Counted from the stretch's first letter, positions 45,770-54,814 are shown. The stretch: 64,000 nucleotides of DNA from an uncultured Spirochaetales bacterium (GCA_949295505.1 CASFLH010000017.1:61793-125792), one strand, 5' to 3'. Program-made: numbers and translations. Notes: generated by a model not told the origin, from the sequence alone.

Positions 45770-45800
45770 ATGATGGCGGATGCTTGTCGTCCGCCATCAT
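45770..45800 (+). promoter_or_regulatory. Intercistronic 11-bp hairpin between mglB and mglA
   Basis: ATGATGGCGGA-tgcttgtcg-TCCGCCATCAT with no strong T-run. Typical position for an mRNA-stabilising or partial-termination hairpin after an SBP gene. Confidence 0.5.
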
Positions 45801-45830
45801 GGTATTTGATGCACAGTTTGGAAGGATAAA

Positions 45831-47327
45831 ATGAGTGGGAAAACTGTACTTGAGATAAAGAATCTATCCAAATCCTTCGCCAAGAACAGAGTCCTTGATG
45901 GCATTAATCTCACAGTGGAAGAGGGTACGGTCTGCGGCCTTATGGGAGAGAACGGCGCAGGCAAATCCACTATGATGAAATGCCTTTTCGGCATTTATGC
46001 AAAGGATGAAGGACAGATTTCCCTTTTCGGGCATCCGATAGATTTCAAGAATCCAAAGGATGCGTTGGAGAATGGTGTGGCGATGGTGCACCAGGAGCTT
46101 CAGCAGTGCCTGGATCGCACGGTTATGGATAACCTCTTCCTCGGGCGCTATCCGACAAAGGGCGGCATAGTTGATGAGGCAAGGATGCTGCGCGAGAGCA
46201 ATAATCTCTTCGCAAAGCTGAAGATGAACGTCAACCCTAAGACTGTTATGAGGACGATGTCCGTCTCACAGCGTCAGATGGTTGAGATTGCGAAAGCTGT
46301 CAGTTACGATGCAAAGCTCATCGTACTGGATGAGCCTACTAGTTCCCTCACAGAGCGTGAGGTGAAGAAGCTTTTCTCCATAGTCGATGATCTGAGGAAA
46401 CAAGGTGTTTCCTTTGTATATATATCGCATAAGATGGATGAGATCTTCGAGATATGTGACGATGTCGCGGTTCTCCGCGATGGCAAGATGATCTTCAAGA
46501 AGCATGTCTCGGATACGGATATGAATGAACTGATAGCCGCTATGGTCGGCCGTTCTCTTGATAAGAGATACCCCGATGTGGATAACACACCAGGTGAGGA
46601 ATACCTTGTTGTACAAGACCTGAAGACAAAATATAATCCTGTTCTCCATGACATTTCCTTCTCTGTGCGGCGCGGCGAGATATTCGGTCTGTATGGTCTC
46701 GTCGGAGCGGGAAGAAGCGAATTGCTCGAGACACTATTCGGCATACGTACGATTGCCAGCGGTGAGATAGCAGTCAATGGCAAGAAGCTGAGATTCAAGT
46801 CCTCGAAGGATGCGATGGAGCATTCATTCGCCCTTGTGACCGAAGAGCGCAAACTCAACGGCATGTTCGGAAAGGATACGATAAAGTTCAATACCACTAT
46901 TACGAATCTCGAAGCCTACAAGACAATGCATCTCCTTGATAACAAGAAGATGTATGAGGCAACGAACAGGGAAATATCGGTCATGAACACCAAATGCGTC
47001 TCTCCTGATGAACTTATCACCGCTCTTTCGGGAGGTAACCAGCAGAAGGTAATCATAGGCAAATGGATGGAGAGAGCTCCTGACGTATTCCTGATGGATG
47101 AGCCTACGAGAGGAATTGATGTGGGCGCGAAGTATGAGATATATCAGCTTATCATCAGGATGGCAAAGGAGGGGAAGACCATCATTGTAGTCTCCTCCGA
47201 GATGCCTGAGATCCTTGGTATAACGAACAGAATCGCTGTTATGAGCAATCATCAGCTTGCAGGGATTGTGAATACCAGGGAAACGAATCAGGAAGAGCTT
47301 TTAAGGCTCTCCGCTAAGTATCTGTAA
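45831..47327 (+). CDS. mglA: Sugar ABC transporter ATP-binding protein (duplicated ATPase, MglA-type)
   Basis: Two ABC cassettes: GENGAGKST / LDEPTSSL and a second LSGGNQQKVIIGKW / FLMDEPTRGIDVGAK; 498 aa. Confidence 0.9.
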   Translation: MSGKTVLEIKNLSKSFAKNRVLDGINLTVEEGTVCGLMGENGAGKSTMMKCLFGIYAKDEGQISLFGHPIDFKNPKDALENGVAMVHQELQQCLDRTVMDNLFLGRYPTKGGIVDEARMLRESNNLFAKLKMNVNPKTVMRTMSVSQRQMVEIAKAVSYDAKLIVLDEPTSSLTEREVKKLFSIVDDLRKQGVSFVYISHKMDEIFEICDDVAVLRDGKMIFKKHVSDTDMNELIAAMVGRSLDKRYPDVDNTPGEEYLVVQDLKTKYNPVLHDISFSVRRGEIFGLYGLVGAGRSELLETLFGIRTIASGEIAVNGKKLRFKSSKDAMEHSFALVTEERKLNGMFGKDTIKFNTTITNLEAYKTMHLLDNKKMYEATNREISVMNTKCVSPDELITALSGGNQQKVIIGKWMERAPDVFLMDEPTRGIDVGAKYEIYQLIIRMAKEGKTIIVVSSEMPEILGITNRIAVMSNHQLAGIVNTRETNQEELLRLSAKYL

Positions 47328-47338
47328 GGGGAGGAATT

Positions 47339-49024
47339 ATGGCTGACAATCAGGAGAAGGGTATCATCACTCTTGAGGAGAATAGAAAAGTCCAGGAATA
47401 CTCTGAGAAACTGCGTGCTCTCAGAGCGGATGGCATAACGAAGATAAATGACTGCAGAATCGAGATTGCTTCACTTAAGAAGAACAAGCTTCTCGATGAT
47501 GCGGAACGTACAAAACGTATTCAGAAGCTGAACGCTGAGATAGAAAGCGCAAAGAAAATCGAGGCCAGGAACAAGGCTGAGATAGCAGCGCTTTCAAAGG
47601 AAGCGGTGAAGTATGTCAATTCTGTCTCGAAAGAGATAGAAGCAGCTGTGAACGCAAAGCAGAACAAGCGCATGGAAGGAGCCAAGGCCTTCTATGAGAA
47701 GGAAGTTGCTGAGATCAAGGCTGCTGCGGAGAAGAGGGAGAATGAGGTCCGTTCCAGATTGTCTGGAGGGGATCCTCAGATGCTCAAGAGCGAGATAGAG
47801 ATCTGTCGCTATGAGCTGAAGAGCGCTCTCTATGATTCAAAGTCCCGGTTCAAGGATCAGATGGACAGGGCAAAAGCCGCCAAGCATCAGGCTTTTGTCG
47901 ATCATATACAGAAGAACAGAGAGCTGAGGAACGGCAAGTCCGCATTCGGCGAGGACATGCAGATGAAGTGGAAGAATTTCATCAGGAATTTCACTCCATC
48001 CTCATTCTTCCTTGCGAATGGACTTTATATTGCGATCATCATCTTCTTTATAGTCTGTATAATTGCGGCCCCTCTCATGGGATCGGGCAACCTGCTTTCG
48101 TTGCCGAACATCCTCACGATTCTTGAGCAGGCTTCGACAAGAATGTTCTATGCGCTTGGTGTTGCTGGCCTGATCCTTCTTGCCGGAACCGACCTTTCAA
48201 TAGGACGAATGGTAGCTCTTGGATCTGTTACAACCGGCCTTATACTGCATCCGGGAATGAATATCGTTGCGCTTTTCGGCATGCCCACCTGGGATTTCTC
48301 CTCGCTTCCGATGGGTGCCAGGGTTCTGATGGCTTTGTGCCTTGCGATAGTGCTTTGTGTGTTCTTCAGTGCAGTGGCAGGTTTCTTCACCGCGCGTTTC
48401 AAGATGCATCCATTCATCTCCACCATGGCTAATCAGCTTATCATCTACGGCATGCTGTTCTATGGAACGTCGGGGACCCCGGTTGGCTCTATCGACAGCG
48501 GTATCAGAAGCCTCATAGGCGGCAGGTGGACGCTTGGTGTGCTCAATGGACAGCTGATCACATTCCCGAAACTCATCATTCCAGCCGTCATCGCAATCAT
48601 CGTGGCCTGGCTGATCTGGAACAAGACAACCTTCGGCAAGAACATGTATGCTGTCGGTGGCAATGCAGAGGCTGCAGCCGTTTCGGGTATCTCAGTATTC
48701 TGGGTGACTGTAGGCGTGTTCATCATGGCTGGTGTCTTCTATGGATGCGGTTCATTCCTTGAGGCATTCAGGGCAAACGCTTCAGCAGGTACAGGACAGG
48801 GTTATGAGATGGATGCTATCGCGGCCTGTGTTGTAGGTGGAATCTCCTTCAATGGTGGTATCGGAAAGATCGGAGGCGCTGCGATAGGTGTCGTCATCTT
48901 CACATCACTCACGTACTGTCTTACCTTCCTTGGAATTGATACGAACCTGCAGTTTGTCTTCAAGGGATTCATCATCCTTGCAGCAGTCTCCCTTGACAGT
49001 ATCAAATATCTCAAGAAGAAATGA
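47339..49024 (+). CDS. mglC: Galactoside ABC transporter permease (MglC-type) with ~208-aa N-terminal coiled-coil extension
   Basis: The C-terminal ~350 aa are colinear with E. coli MglC (LSLPNILTILEQASTRMFYALGVAGLILLAGTDLSIGR ... YEMDAIAACVVGGISFNGG ... SLDSIKYLKKK). Residues 1-~208 are K/E/A-rich heptad-like sequence. Confidence 0.88.
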   Translation: MADNQEKGIITLEENRKVQEYSEKLRALRADGITKINDCRIEIASLKKNKLLDDAERTKRIQKLNAEIESAKKIEARNKAEIAALSKEAVKYVNSVSKEIEAAVNAKQNKRMEGAKAFYEKEVAEIKAAAEKRENEVRSRLSGGDPQMLKSEIEICRYELKSALYDSKSRFKDQMDRAKAAKHQAFVDHIQKNRELRNGKSAFGEDMQMKWKNFIRNFTPSSFFLANGLYIAIIIFFIVCIIAAPLMGSGNLLSLPNILTILEQASTRMFYALGVAGLILLAGTDLSIGRMVALGSVTTGLILHPGMNIVALFGMPTWDFSSLPMGARVLMALCLAIVLCVFFSAVAGFFTARFKMHPFISTMANQLIIYGMLFYGTSGTPVGSIDSGIRSLIGGRWTLGVLNGQLITFPKLIIPAVIAIIVAWLIWNKTTFGKNMYAVGGNAEAAAVSGISVFWVTVGVFIMAGVFYGCGSFLEAFRANASAGTGQGYEMDAIAACVVGGISFNGGIGKIGGAAIGVVIFTSLTYCLTFLGIDTNLQFVFKGFIILAAVSLDSIKYLKKK

Positions 49025-49042
49025 TATTGATCTTATAATGAA

Positions 49043-49068
49043 AAAGCTGGGCTCAGGCTCAGCTTTTT
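49043..49068 (+). terminator. Rho-independent terminator after mglC
   Basis: AAAGCTGGGC-tcag-GCTCAGCTTT (one G-T pair) followed by TT. Confidence 0.6.
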
Positions 49069-49086
49069 CGCGTAGAGGGCATCGTT

Positions 49087-50094
49087 TTGAGACTTCTTCT
49101 GATTATTCTTTCAATTGTTTCTGCTTTCTCCTTCCAATCATGCGAGCATGAAGAGGGGCCACGGATAGGCGTGGCGGTCTATGATTTCCAAGACTCATAT
49201 ATTTCTGAGATCAGGAATGCGATTACAAATTGCAGTGAAGGAGACGTGCCTGTTACTGTAGTGGATGCGGCTTTGAAACAGCAGACACAGAATGAGCAGA
49301 TCGAGCAATTCATAAGAGAAGGTTACGATGCCATAATAGTCAACTCCGTTGACCGCACAGCATCCGGAGTCATAATCGAGAAATGCCGTCAGAATAATGT
49401 TCCTCTTGTTTTCTTCAATCGTGAACCCGTGAAAGATGATATGGCTAAATGGGATAAAGTCTATTATGTGGGTTCCAAGGCAGAGGATTCCGGGCGGATG
49501 GCTGGAGAGCTGCTGGCTGAATTCTGGCGCAATCATCCGGAAGCTGACAGGAATGGTGATGGAATCATGCAGTTTGTGGTCATCAAAGGGGAGACGGGGC
49601 ATCAGGATACTGAGCTGAGGACTGAATATTTCATTGAGACCCTTCTTGGCGAGGGAATTTCCCTGGAGAAGCTTCATGAAGATACAGCTCTCTGGTCCAG
49701 AGAACGGGGGTATGAAGTGATGTCATCGTTCCTTTCCCGTTCCGGGGATGCCATTGAGGCTGTTTTCGCCAACAATGATGATATGGCTCTTGGCGCTATC
49801 GAGGCGCTGCAGGAAGCAGGATATTTCACAGGAGGAAAATATATGCCGGTCGTAGGCATTGACGGGACTCCTGCCGGGCAGGCAGCGCTCGCTAATGGAA
49901 GACTTCTCGGTACTGTTTTCCAGGATGCTGAGAACCAGGGAAAAGCCGCCTACCGTATAGCGAGAGATCTTGCGGAAGGAAGGGAGCCTTCATCGGAGAG
50001 CATCGGCTATGCTCTGGTGGATGGACACTATGTATGGATTCCTTATTATCCCATGCCAGGAGAGGGGATATCAGGAGACATGCTGGATGAATGA
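49087..50094 (+). CDS. Second MglB-like glucose/galactose-binding protein, lipoprotein form (transport SBP or sensor partner)
   Basis: TTG start 7 nt after AGAGGG. Lipobox LSIVSAFSFQSC. The body is closely colinear with E. coli MglB (RIGVAVYDFQDSYISEIRNAI ... NVPLVFFNREP ... YYVGSKAEDSG ... DRNGDGIMQFVVIKGETGH ... ANNDDMALGAIEAL). Confidence 0.75.
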   Translation: MRLLLIILSIVSAFSFQSCEHEEGPRIGVAVYDFQDSYISEIRNAITNCSEGDVPVTVVDAALKQQTQNEQIEQFIREGYDAIIVNSVDRTASGVIIEKCRQNNVPLVFFNREPVKDDMAKWDKVYYVGSKAEDSGRMAGELLAEFWRNHPEADRNGDGIMQFVVIKGETGHQDTELRTEYFIETLLGEGISLEKLHEDTALWSRERGYEVMSSFLSRSGDAIEAVFANNDDMALGAIEALQEAGYFTGGKYMPVVGIDGTPAGQAALANGRLLGTVFQDAENQGKAAYRIARDLAEGREPSSESIGYALVDGHYVWIPYYPMPGEGISGDMLDE

Positions 50095-50122
50095 TGAGCC
50101 GGCAGCATTTGCTTCCGGCTCA
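50095..50122 (+). terminator. Hairpin immediately after the second mglB-like gene
   Basis: TGAGCCGG (50095-50102) pairs with CCGGCTCA (50115-50122). No T-run. Confidence 0.3.
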
Positions 50123-50148
50123 GAAAGGAGGATTCCATAAAGGGGAAG

Positions 50149-50174
50149 AATGAGCACATTCAGCTGTGCTCATT
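50149..50174 (-). terminator. Candidate terminator of the histidine-kinase operon
   Basis: AATGAGCAC-loop-GTGCTCATT. On the minus strand it is followed by TTCTTCCCCTTTAT. Confidence 0.4.
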
Positions 50175-50211
50175 ACTATATACGCGCTTATGAGCGTATC
50201 CGGATAATAAA

Positions 50212-51990
50212 TCATGTGAAATTGCTGTTGTGACGTATTACCACAGGGGATATTTCCGGCAGATGAGGTATTGTTATGGTCACAGTCGTGCCTTCATCAG
50301 GTTCGGATTCTATCGACAGCCCGTATTCCTCTCCATATGAGAGCCTGATTCGTTCATCTATATTTATAAGGCCGATTCCATTACCGTCGGATATATGGTC
50401 ATGTTCCTTGCTTTTATCCAGCAGGGAGGCAAGCACCTCCGGGGACATTCCTACACCATTATCCCGTACCATTATCCTGATTTTCCCGTCGGTTTCCTCC
50501 GCCTTTATCTCAATATTTCCTTCCTCCTGCAGATACTTGATGCCATGGTATATTGAGTTCTCGACTATAGGCTGTATTATGAGCTTGATTGTAGGGGCGT
50601 TTTCCAGTTCGGCAGGGAGAGATATGGAGAAACGGAATTTGTCCTTGTAGCGCATCGCCTGGATATCGAGGTAGCTTTCAACATGTGACAGCTCCTCTTT
50701 GAGCGTGATTGTATCATGGCCTTTCGCAATTGATATCCTGAAAAGGCTGGCGAGGGATGTCACCATCTTCACAACTCCCTGATTATTCCCTGTCTCAGCC
50801 ATCCAGACGACGCTGTCGAGCGTGTTGTACAGGAAGTGCGGATTGATCTTGGCCTGCAGTGCATCAAGCTCCCTCTGCCTTTTCACCGCTTCTGTCAGCC
50901 TCACTTCTTCCATGAGATCCTCAATCCTGGTCACCATGACCTGGAATGAACGGGAGAGTGATTCGACTTCCTTTGATCCCCCATGTGTCTCCCTGACGGA
51001 GAAATTCCCGTCCTGGACTTCCCTTATATTCATCTCAAGCTCGCGTAGCGGCCTTGTGATATGCTTTGCCAGTGCCTTTGAGAGAAGTATCGCGGCAGCG
51101 ACCGATATTATGATTGTGAGGATGAGAGCGACCCTGAATGGTTTCAGCGGCTCGAGAAGCTCGTCAACGAAAGCAATCCCTACGATTCGCCATCTGGTCT
51201 GTTCGACGGTCTGGATTATCGTAAGCCTTTCCCTGTTCTCAAAGGTGGATATGTAAGAGCCGAAGACATGTTCATCGACGCTCTGGAAATCTTCCTTCTC
51301 CGTGCCTTCCTCCAGCATCCGTTCTTTGGGATGATATACGATATCCCCATCATCATTGGAGATGATGTATATGTATCCGGTTCTTGAGGGATGAGCGCTA
51401 TCAAGAAGCTCCGCAACTGAATTGAAATTGAGATCAATCAGCAGTACAGAAGGGGATGCGTGTCTCTCAAGATCCCCGTAACTGATGACAGTTGAATATG
51501 ATATGACGAAATCTCCTGTGCCTATATCCGTACGATGCGGTCCTGTGAAGAAGAAGTCGCCTTCGCCATTCTTCGCTCTCTGGAACCATTTCTCGTTCAC
51601 TATGGTCTCCGGCGGGACCGTAATTGATGGCTCTGTTGAGATTATCACGCTGCCATCGAGGCTGAATGCCGTGATGCTGACAAGATCATCACGTGCGTTG
51701 ATAAGCGCTTCAAGCCTTTCCCTGATGTCATTCGCCGACAGGTTCGATGTTGTGCGCGATAGCTCTCTCACGTAATCGGAGACATCGACAATATTGCTTA
51801 TGTATGAGCTGAGATTGTTATTGACCTGCGTGACGATTTCCGAGGTTGAGGCTCTTGCGTTGTCCTCAATAGACTGGGAAACGAAGGTTATGAGGAAAAG
51901 GCCGACAATGAGGATGAAGACCGAGATGAGCAGCGACATGGATACGGACATCATTGTCTTTATCGAAAAAGTCTTCACTTTCCTGCTCAT
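50212..51990 (-). CDS. Sensor histidine kinase, YesM/LytS-type (TM - extracytoplasmic sensor - TM - HAMP - His_kinase - HATPase)
   Basis: INPHFLYNTLDSVVWMAE (PF06580-type phospho-acceptor region), a HAMP segment after the second TM, RDNGVGM / GNGIGL ATPase motifs, and a ~260-aa periplasmic region between TMs. Confidence 0.88.
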   Translation of the reverse strand: MSRKVKTFSIKTMMSVSMSLLISVFILIVGLFLITFVSQSIEDNARASTSEIVTQVNNNLSSYISNIVDVSDYVRELSRTTSNLSANDIRERLEALINARDDLVSITAFSLDGSVIISTEPSITVPPETIVNEKWFQRAKNGEGDFFFTGPHRTDIGTGDFVISYSTVISYGDLERHASPSVLLIDLNFNSVAELLDSAHPSRTGYIYIISNDDGDIVYHPKERMLEEGTEKEDFQSVDEHVFGSYISTFENRERLTIIQTVEQTRWRIVGIAFVDELLEPLKPFRVALILTIIISVAAAILLSKALAKHITRPLRELEMNIREVQDGNFSVRETHGGSKEVESLSRSFQVMVTRIEDLMEEVRLTEAVKRQRELDALQAKINPHFLYNTLDSVVWMAETGNNQGVVKMVTSLASLFRISIAKGHDTITLKEELSHVESYLDIQAMRYKDKFRFSISLPAELENAPTIKLIIQPIVENSIYHGIKYLQEEGNIEIKAEETDGKIRIMVRDNGVGMSPEVLASLLDKSKEHDHISDGNGIGLINIDERIRLSYGEEYGLSIESEPDEGTTVTITIPHLPEISPVVIRHNSNFT

Positions 51991-53564
51991 CGATGCTTCA
52001 TCCTGTACTGCGACGGCGACATGCCGATATTCTTCTTGAATATGAATGAAAAGTAGTTGGGTTCAGAGAATCCTGTTTTCTCAGCTATCTCATATGTCTT
52101 CGCATCTGAATTCTTGAGCATTTCCTTTGCCTTCTCAAGTCTCACTTTCGTCAGATACTGCACGAATGATGTGCCTGTTTCCTTTTTGAATGTCGTTGAG
52201 AAATATGCCGGGGAAACCGATATCTCATCCGTAACCTGCTCAAGCCCGAAAAGAGGATTCGCGTAATTCTCCTTGATTATCCTCTTAGCATTCTCCACAA
52301 ACTGTATGTGCGAGTTCTCGCGGGCCCCTTGGGCGCTCTCATTTGCCTTGATGGCAAGTTTTGTCATCAGTGTCTCTGAGCGGGAGAGACTGTTTGCATG
52401 GGACAGGGCTGTGAAAAGGTCCTCATCTTCAAGCAATGTCACAATATTCCTTCCGTATGAGGAACATATTTCTGATATTATTGATAGTATATTGATAACG
52501 GTATTCTGCACATTCGGGGTTTCTGTGATTCCTCTGAAGAATGTGTGGACCGCAGAGGCTGTGTCCTCCTTTGTCCCGAACTTGATTGCAAGAACCAGTT
52601 CCGTCTTCTGGTCTCCCCCGATTTCCGCATGGTCGTTCTCGATAGTCTCGACATCTCCGATGCTGATGATATGCTGCTCAGGATAAAGCTGTGTATAGTT
52701 CAGGGCTTCCAGCGCGCTTCTGTATGATTCCGGCAGCCCTGTTATCTCGCTGACGATCTCACCGGCTCCCATGTTGAATGCTTTTGTGAAGTAGTGAATG
52801 AACCGCGACTGCAGCATCGTGAGAGAGCGGTTTACTTGCTTTGCGAAGAGAGAGGAGAACTCCGGCTGCATATCAGAGGAGAAGATCATCACTAACTGGT
52901 TCTCATATTGGAAAGGAATGATGTTCTTCTCTTCCTTCACCGCTTCTTCTATGATTTCTGTGACAGCAAGCGATGAGAGTGTTTCTGTCGGCAGATCGAT
53001 TATGACGGCTGTGTACAAAGTTCCCGAAAGCGGGAGGCCGTATTCCCTGGCCTTTTCCTCGATTGCATGAGCTTCCTGCCTCCTTGTAGGGACGATGAGA
53101 GAGACAAGGAATTTCTCTCTGTAGACCTCGATGGCATCGCGGTAAAAGCTTTCCAGCTTCTTGCTGTCAGAGACCTTTGCCCTGTCCTCGTCAAGTCTTG
53201 CTCTCGCTCTTCGCAGGACTTCTCTCATGGATTCTATGCTTACAGGTTTCAGGACATATTCCGCGACATTCAGTCTCATTGCAGTCTGTGCGAATGTGAA
53301 TTCATCGTAGCCGGACAGGATGATTACGTCGACAGATGCAGACCTGTTCCTGCGGACTTCCTCGATGAATCCTATGCCATCGAGATATGGCATCCTGATA
53401 TCCGTGATGATGACATCAGGCATCGCTTCATCAATCACCTCGAGGGCTTCCATGCCATTTGAGGCCTCTGCAATGACTCTGAACCCATATTCAGCCCAAG
53501 GGGTGAGATCCCTTATCGAATTCCTCACCTCATCTTCATCATCGACCAGCAGTATCGTATACAT
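51987..53564 (-). CDS. Response regulator with AraC-type HTH output (YesN-like)
   Basis: The receiver MYTILLVDDEDEVR ... DVIITDIRMPYLDG and the C-terminal AraC HTH (...FSEPNYFSFIFKKNIGMSPSQYR). ATGA overlap with the kinase gene. Confidence 0.9.
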   Translation of the reverse strand: MYTILLVDDEDEVRNSIRDLTPWAEYGFRVIAEASNGMEALEVIDEAMPDVIITDIRMPYLDGIGFIEEVRRNRSASVDVIILSGYDEFTFAQTAMRLNVAEYVLKPVSIESMREVLRRARARLDEDRAKVSDSKKLESFYRDAIEVYREKFLVSLIVPTRRQEAHAIEEKAREYGLPLSGTLYTAVIIDLPTETLSSLAVTEIIEEAVKEEKNIIPFQYENQLVMIFSSDMQPEFSSLFAKQVNRSLTMLQSRFIHYFTKAFNMGAGEIVSEITGLPESYRSALEALNYTQLYPEQHIISIGDVETIENDHAEIGGDQKTELVLAIKFGTKEDTASAVHTFFRGITETPNVQNTVINILSIISEICSSYGRNIVTLLEDEDLFTALSHANSLSRSETLMTKLAIKANESAQGARENSHIQFVENAKRIIKENYANPLFGLEQVTDEISVSPAYFSTTFKKETGTSFVQYLTKVRLEKAKEMLKNSDAKTYEIAEKTGFSEPNYFSFIFKKNIGMSPSQYRMKHR

Positions 53565-54526
53565 CAGCGGTACATCCTGAGTATGCTCTCGAGAAGGGCC
53601 GTGAGCTTCTTCCTGAAATTCTCTGGTTCAATGACCCTAACAGATGTTCCGCTTTGTATGATGCGCAGCATGAGCTCAATGGAGTTCTCTGCTCTCATGG
53701 TGCAGATCCAGCCGCCGTCTGGGCATTTCTCAAGCACGGGCTTGTCATGGACGATGGATGAGAAGGAATTGAGGGCGCTCTTCTCCCTGATTCTCATCTT
53801 CAGTGGAATCATGTCAATGGCATCATATTTTTCATGTTCCGCATGGGAGAATGGTTTCAGGTTGTCCGGTATCGTATAGGTCTCATCCAGCATGCGGGCT
53901 TCTGTTATGGAGGCTATATCCAGCGTGATTATGTCCTTGGTATGCCTCAGCCTTCCTGTGACAGTGATTGGTTTTCTGCCTTCTCCCTCATCTTTATAGC
54001 CGATGAAATAAGGGGCTATCTCAATCTCTTCCTTGTCCTCTATCGATGTGGATATCCTCGCAATCCTTCCTGATACCCAGCAATCGATCAGAACCTCGAG
54101 GATCGCATTGTAGTGTCCTGTGATGTTCCTGTTGTTCTGTATTGTCTGGTCTATCCTCTCAGCAAGGCTGAGCGCGTTCTCGCTGATCTTGGGCGCATAG
54201 GAACGCATATTCATAGCCAGCTTCCTCAAGCCGGAGGCGAGATGCGGGTTGGCGAACTCTGCAGTGGAGGCAAGTACTTCTGCGCCCATGTTGAACGCAA
54301 GGCTTTCATATACCGAGAGCTCCATGGGAGATGAGTCATCATCATTCTCCCTGAGCTTGATGAGATTGTTCTCCTCGTATATGCCGATATGCTTGGAAAG
54401 ACTGTCCACATATCTTGATATCGTCGAGCGATGCACGCCCATGCGCCTGGCTATCTCGGCTCTGCGTATTCCTTCGGGATGTGATCGCAGAAGAAGCTCA
54501 AGCTGTGCAATCCGTTCTCCTTTCAT
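53564..54526 (-). CDS. HTH transcriptional regulator with divergent WYL-like and WCX-like C-terminal domains
   Basis: ATG 54526 is preceded by GGGAGGA. The N-terminal winged HTH is GIRRAEIARRMGVHRSTISRYVDSL. The middle block IEIAPYFIGYKD...ITVTGRLRHTKDIITLDIASITEARML fits WYL-domain topology without the WYL triad. TGATG overlap with the response regulator at 53562-53566. Confidence 0.55.
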   Translation of the reverse strand: MKGERIAQLELLLRSHPEGIRRAEIARRMGVHRSTISRYVDSLSKHIGIYEENNLIKLRENDDDSSPMELSVYESLAFNMGAEVLASTAEFANPHLASGLRKLAMNMRSYAPKISENALSLAERIDQTIQNNRNITGHYNAILEVLIDCWVSGRIARISTSIEDKEEIEIAPYFIGYKDEGEGRKPITVTGRLRHTKDIITLDIASITEARMLDETYTIPDNLKPFSHAEHEKYDAIDMIPLKMRIREKSALNSFSSIVHDKPVLEKCPDGGWICTMRAENSIELMLRIIQSGTSVRVIEPENFRKKLTALLESILRMYR

Positions 54527-54580
54527 TCCTGTCCTCCCTGAAAAAAATACTACCATAAAAAGAGCGGCGTTGCGCATCTG

Positions 54581-54607
54581 TTGCATTTTTTCTTCACATG
54601 GTAATAT
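54581..54607 (+). promoter_or_regulatory. Candidate extended -10 promoter of slyX
   Basis: TTGCAT (54581-54586), 15-nt spacer, TG-g-TAATAT (54599-54607). The ATG at 54614 lies 6 nt after the -10 box with no SD. Confidence 0.35.
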
Positions 54608-54613
54608 CCGGGT

Positions 54614-54814
54614 ATGGAAGAAGAGATTGAGAAGCTGGAGATAAAGGTAAGCTATCTGGAAAGCCAGTGTGATGAGCTTAATAACGTCATTATTGACCAG
54701 GAGAAGACAATAACCCTTCTCGAAAAGCGTATTGAATCCCTGGAGAAGAAGGTCGCAGACCTGATAGAAGTATCAGGAGAGGCGAGACCTAACAGGCGCC
54801 CGCCTCACTATTGA
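54614..54814 (+). CDS. slyX: SlyX family coiled-coil protein
   Basis: 66-aa heptad-rich protein ending ...RRPPHY, the characteristic SlyX C-terminus. Confidence 0.75.
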   Translation: MEEEIEKLEIKVSYLESQCDELNNVIIDQEKTITLLEKRIESLEKKVADLIEVSGEARPNRRPPHY

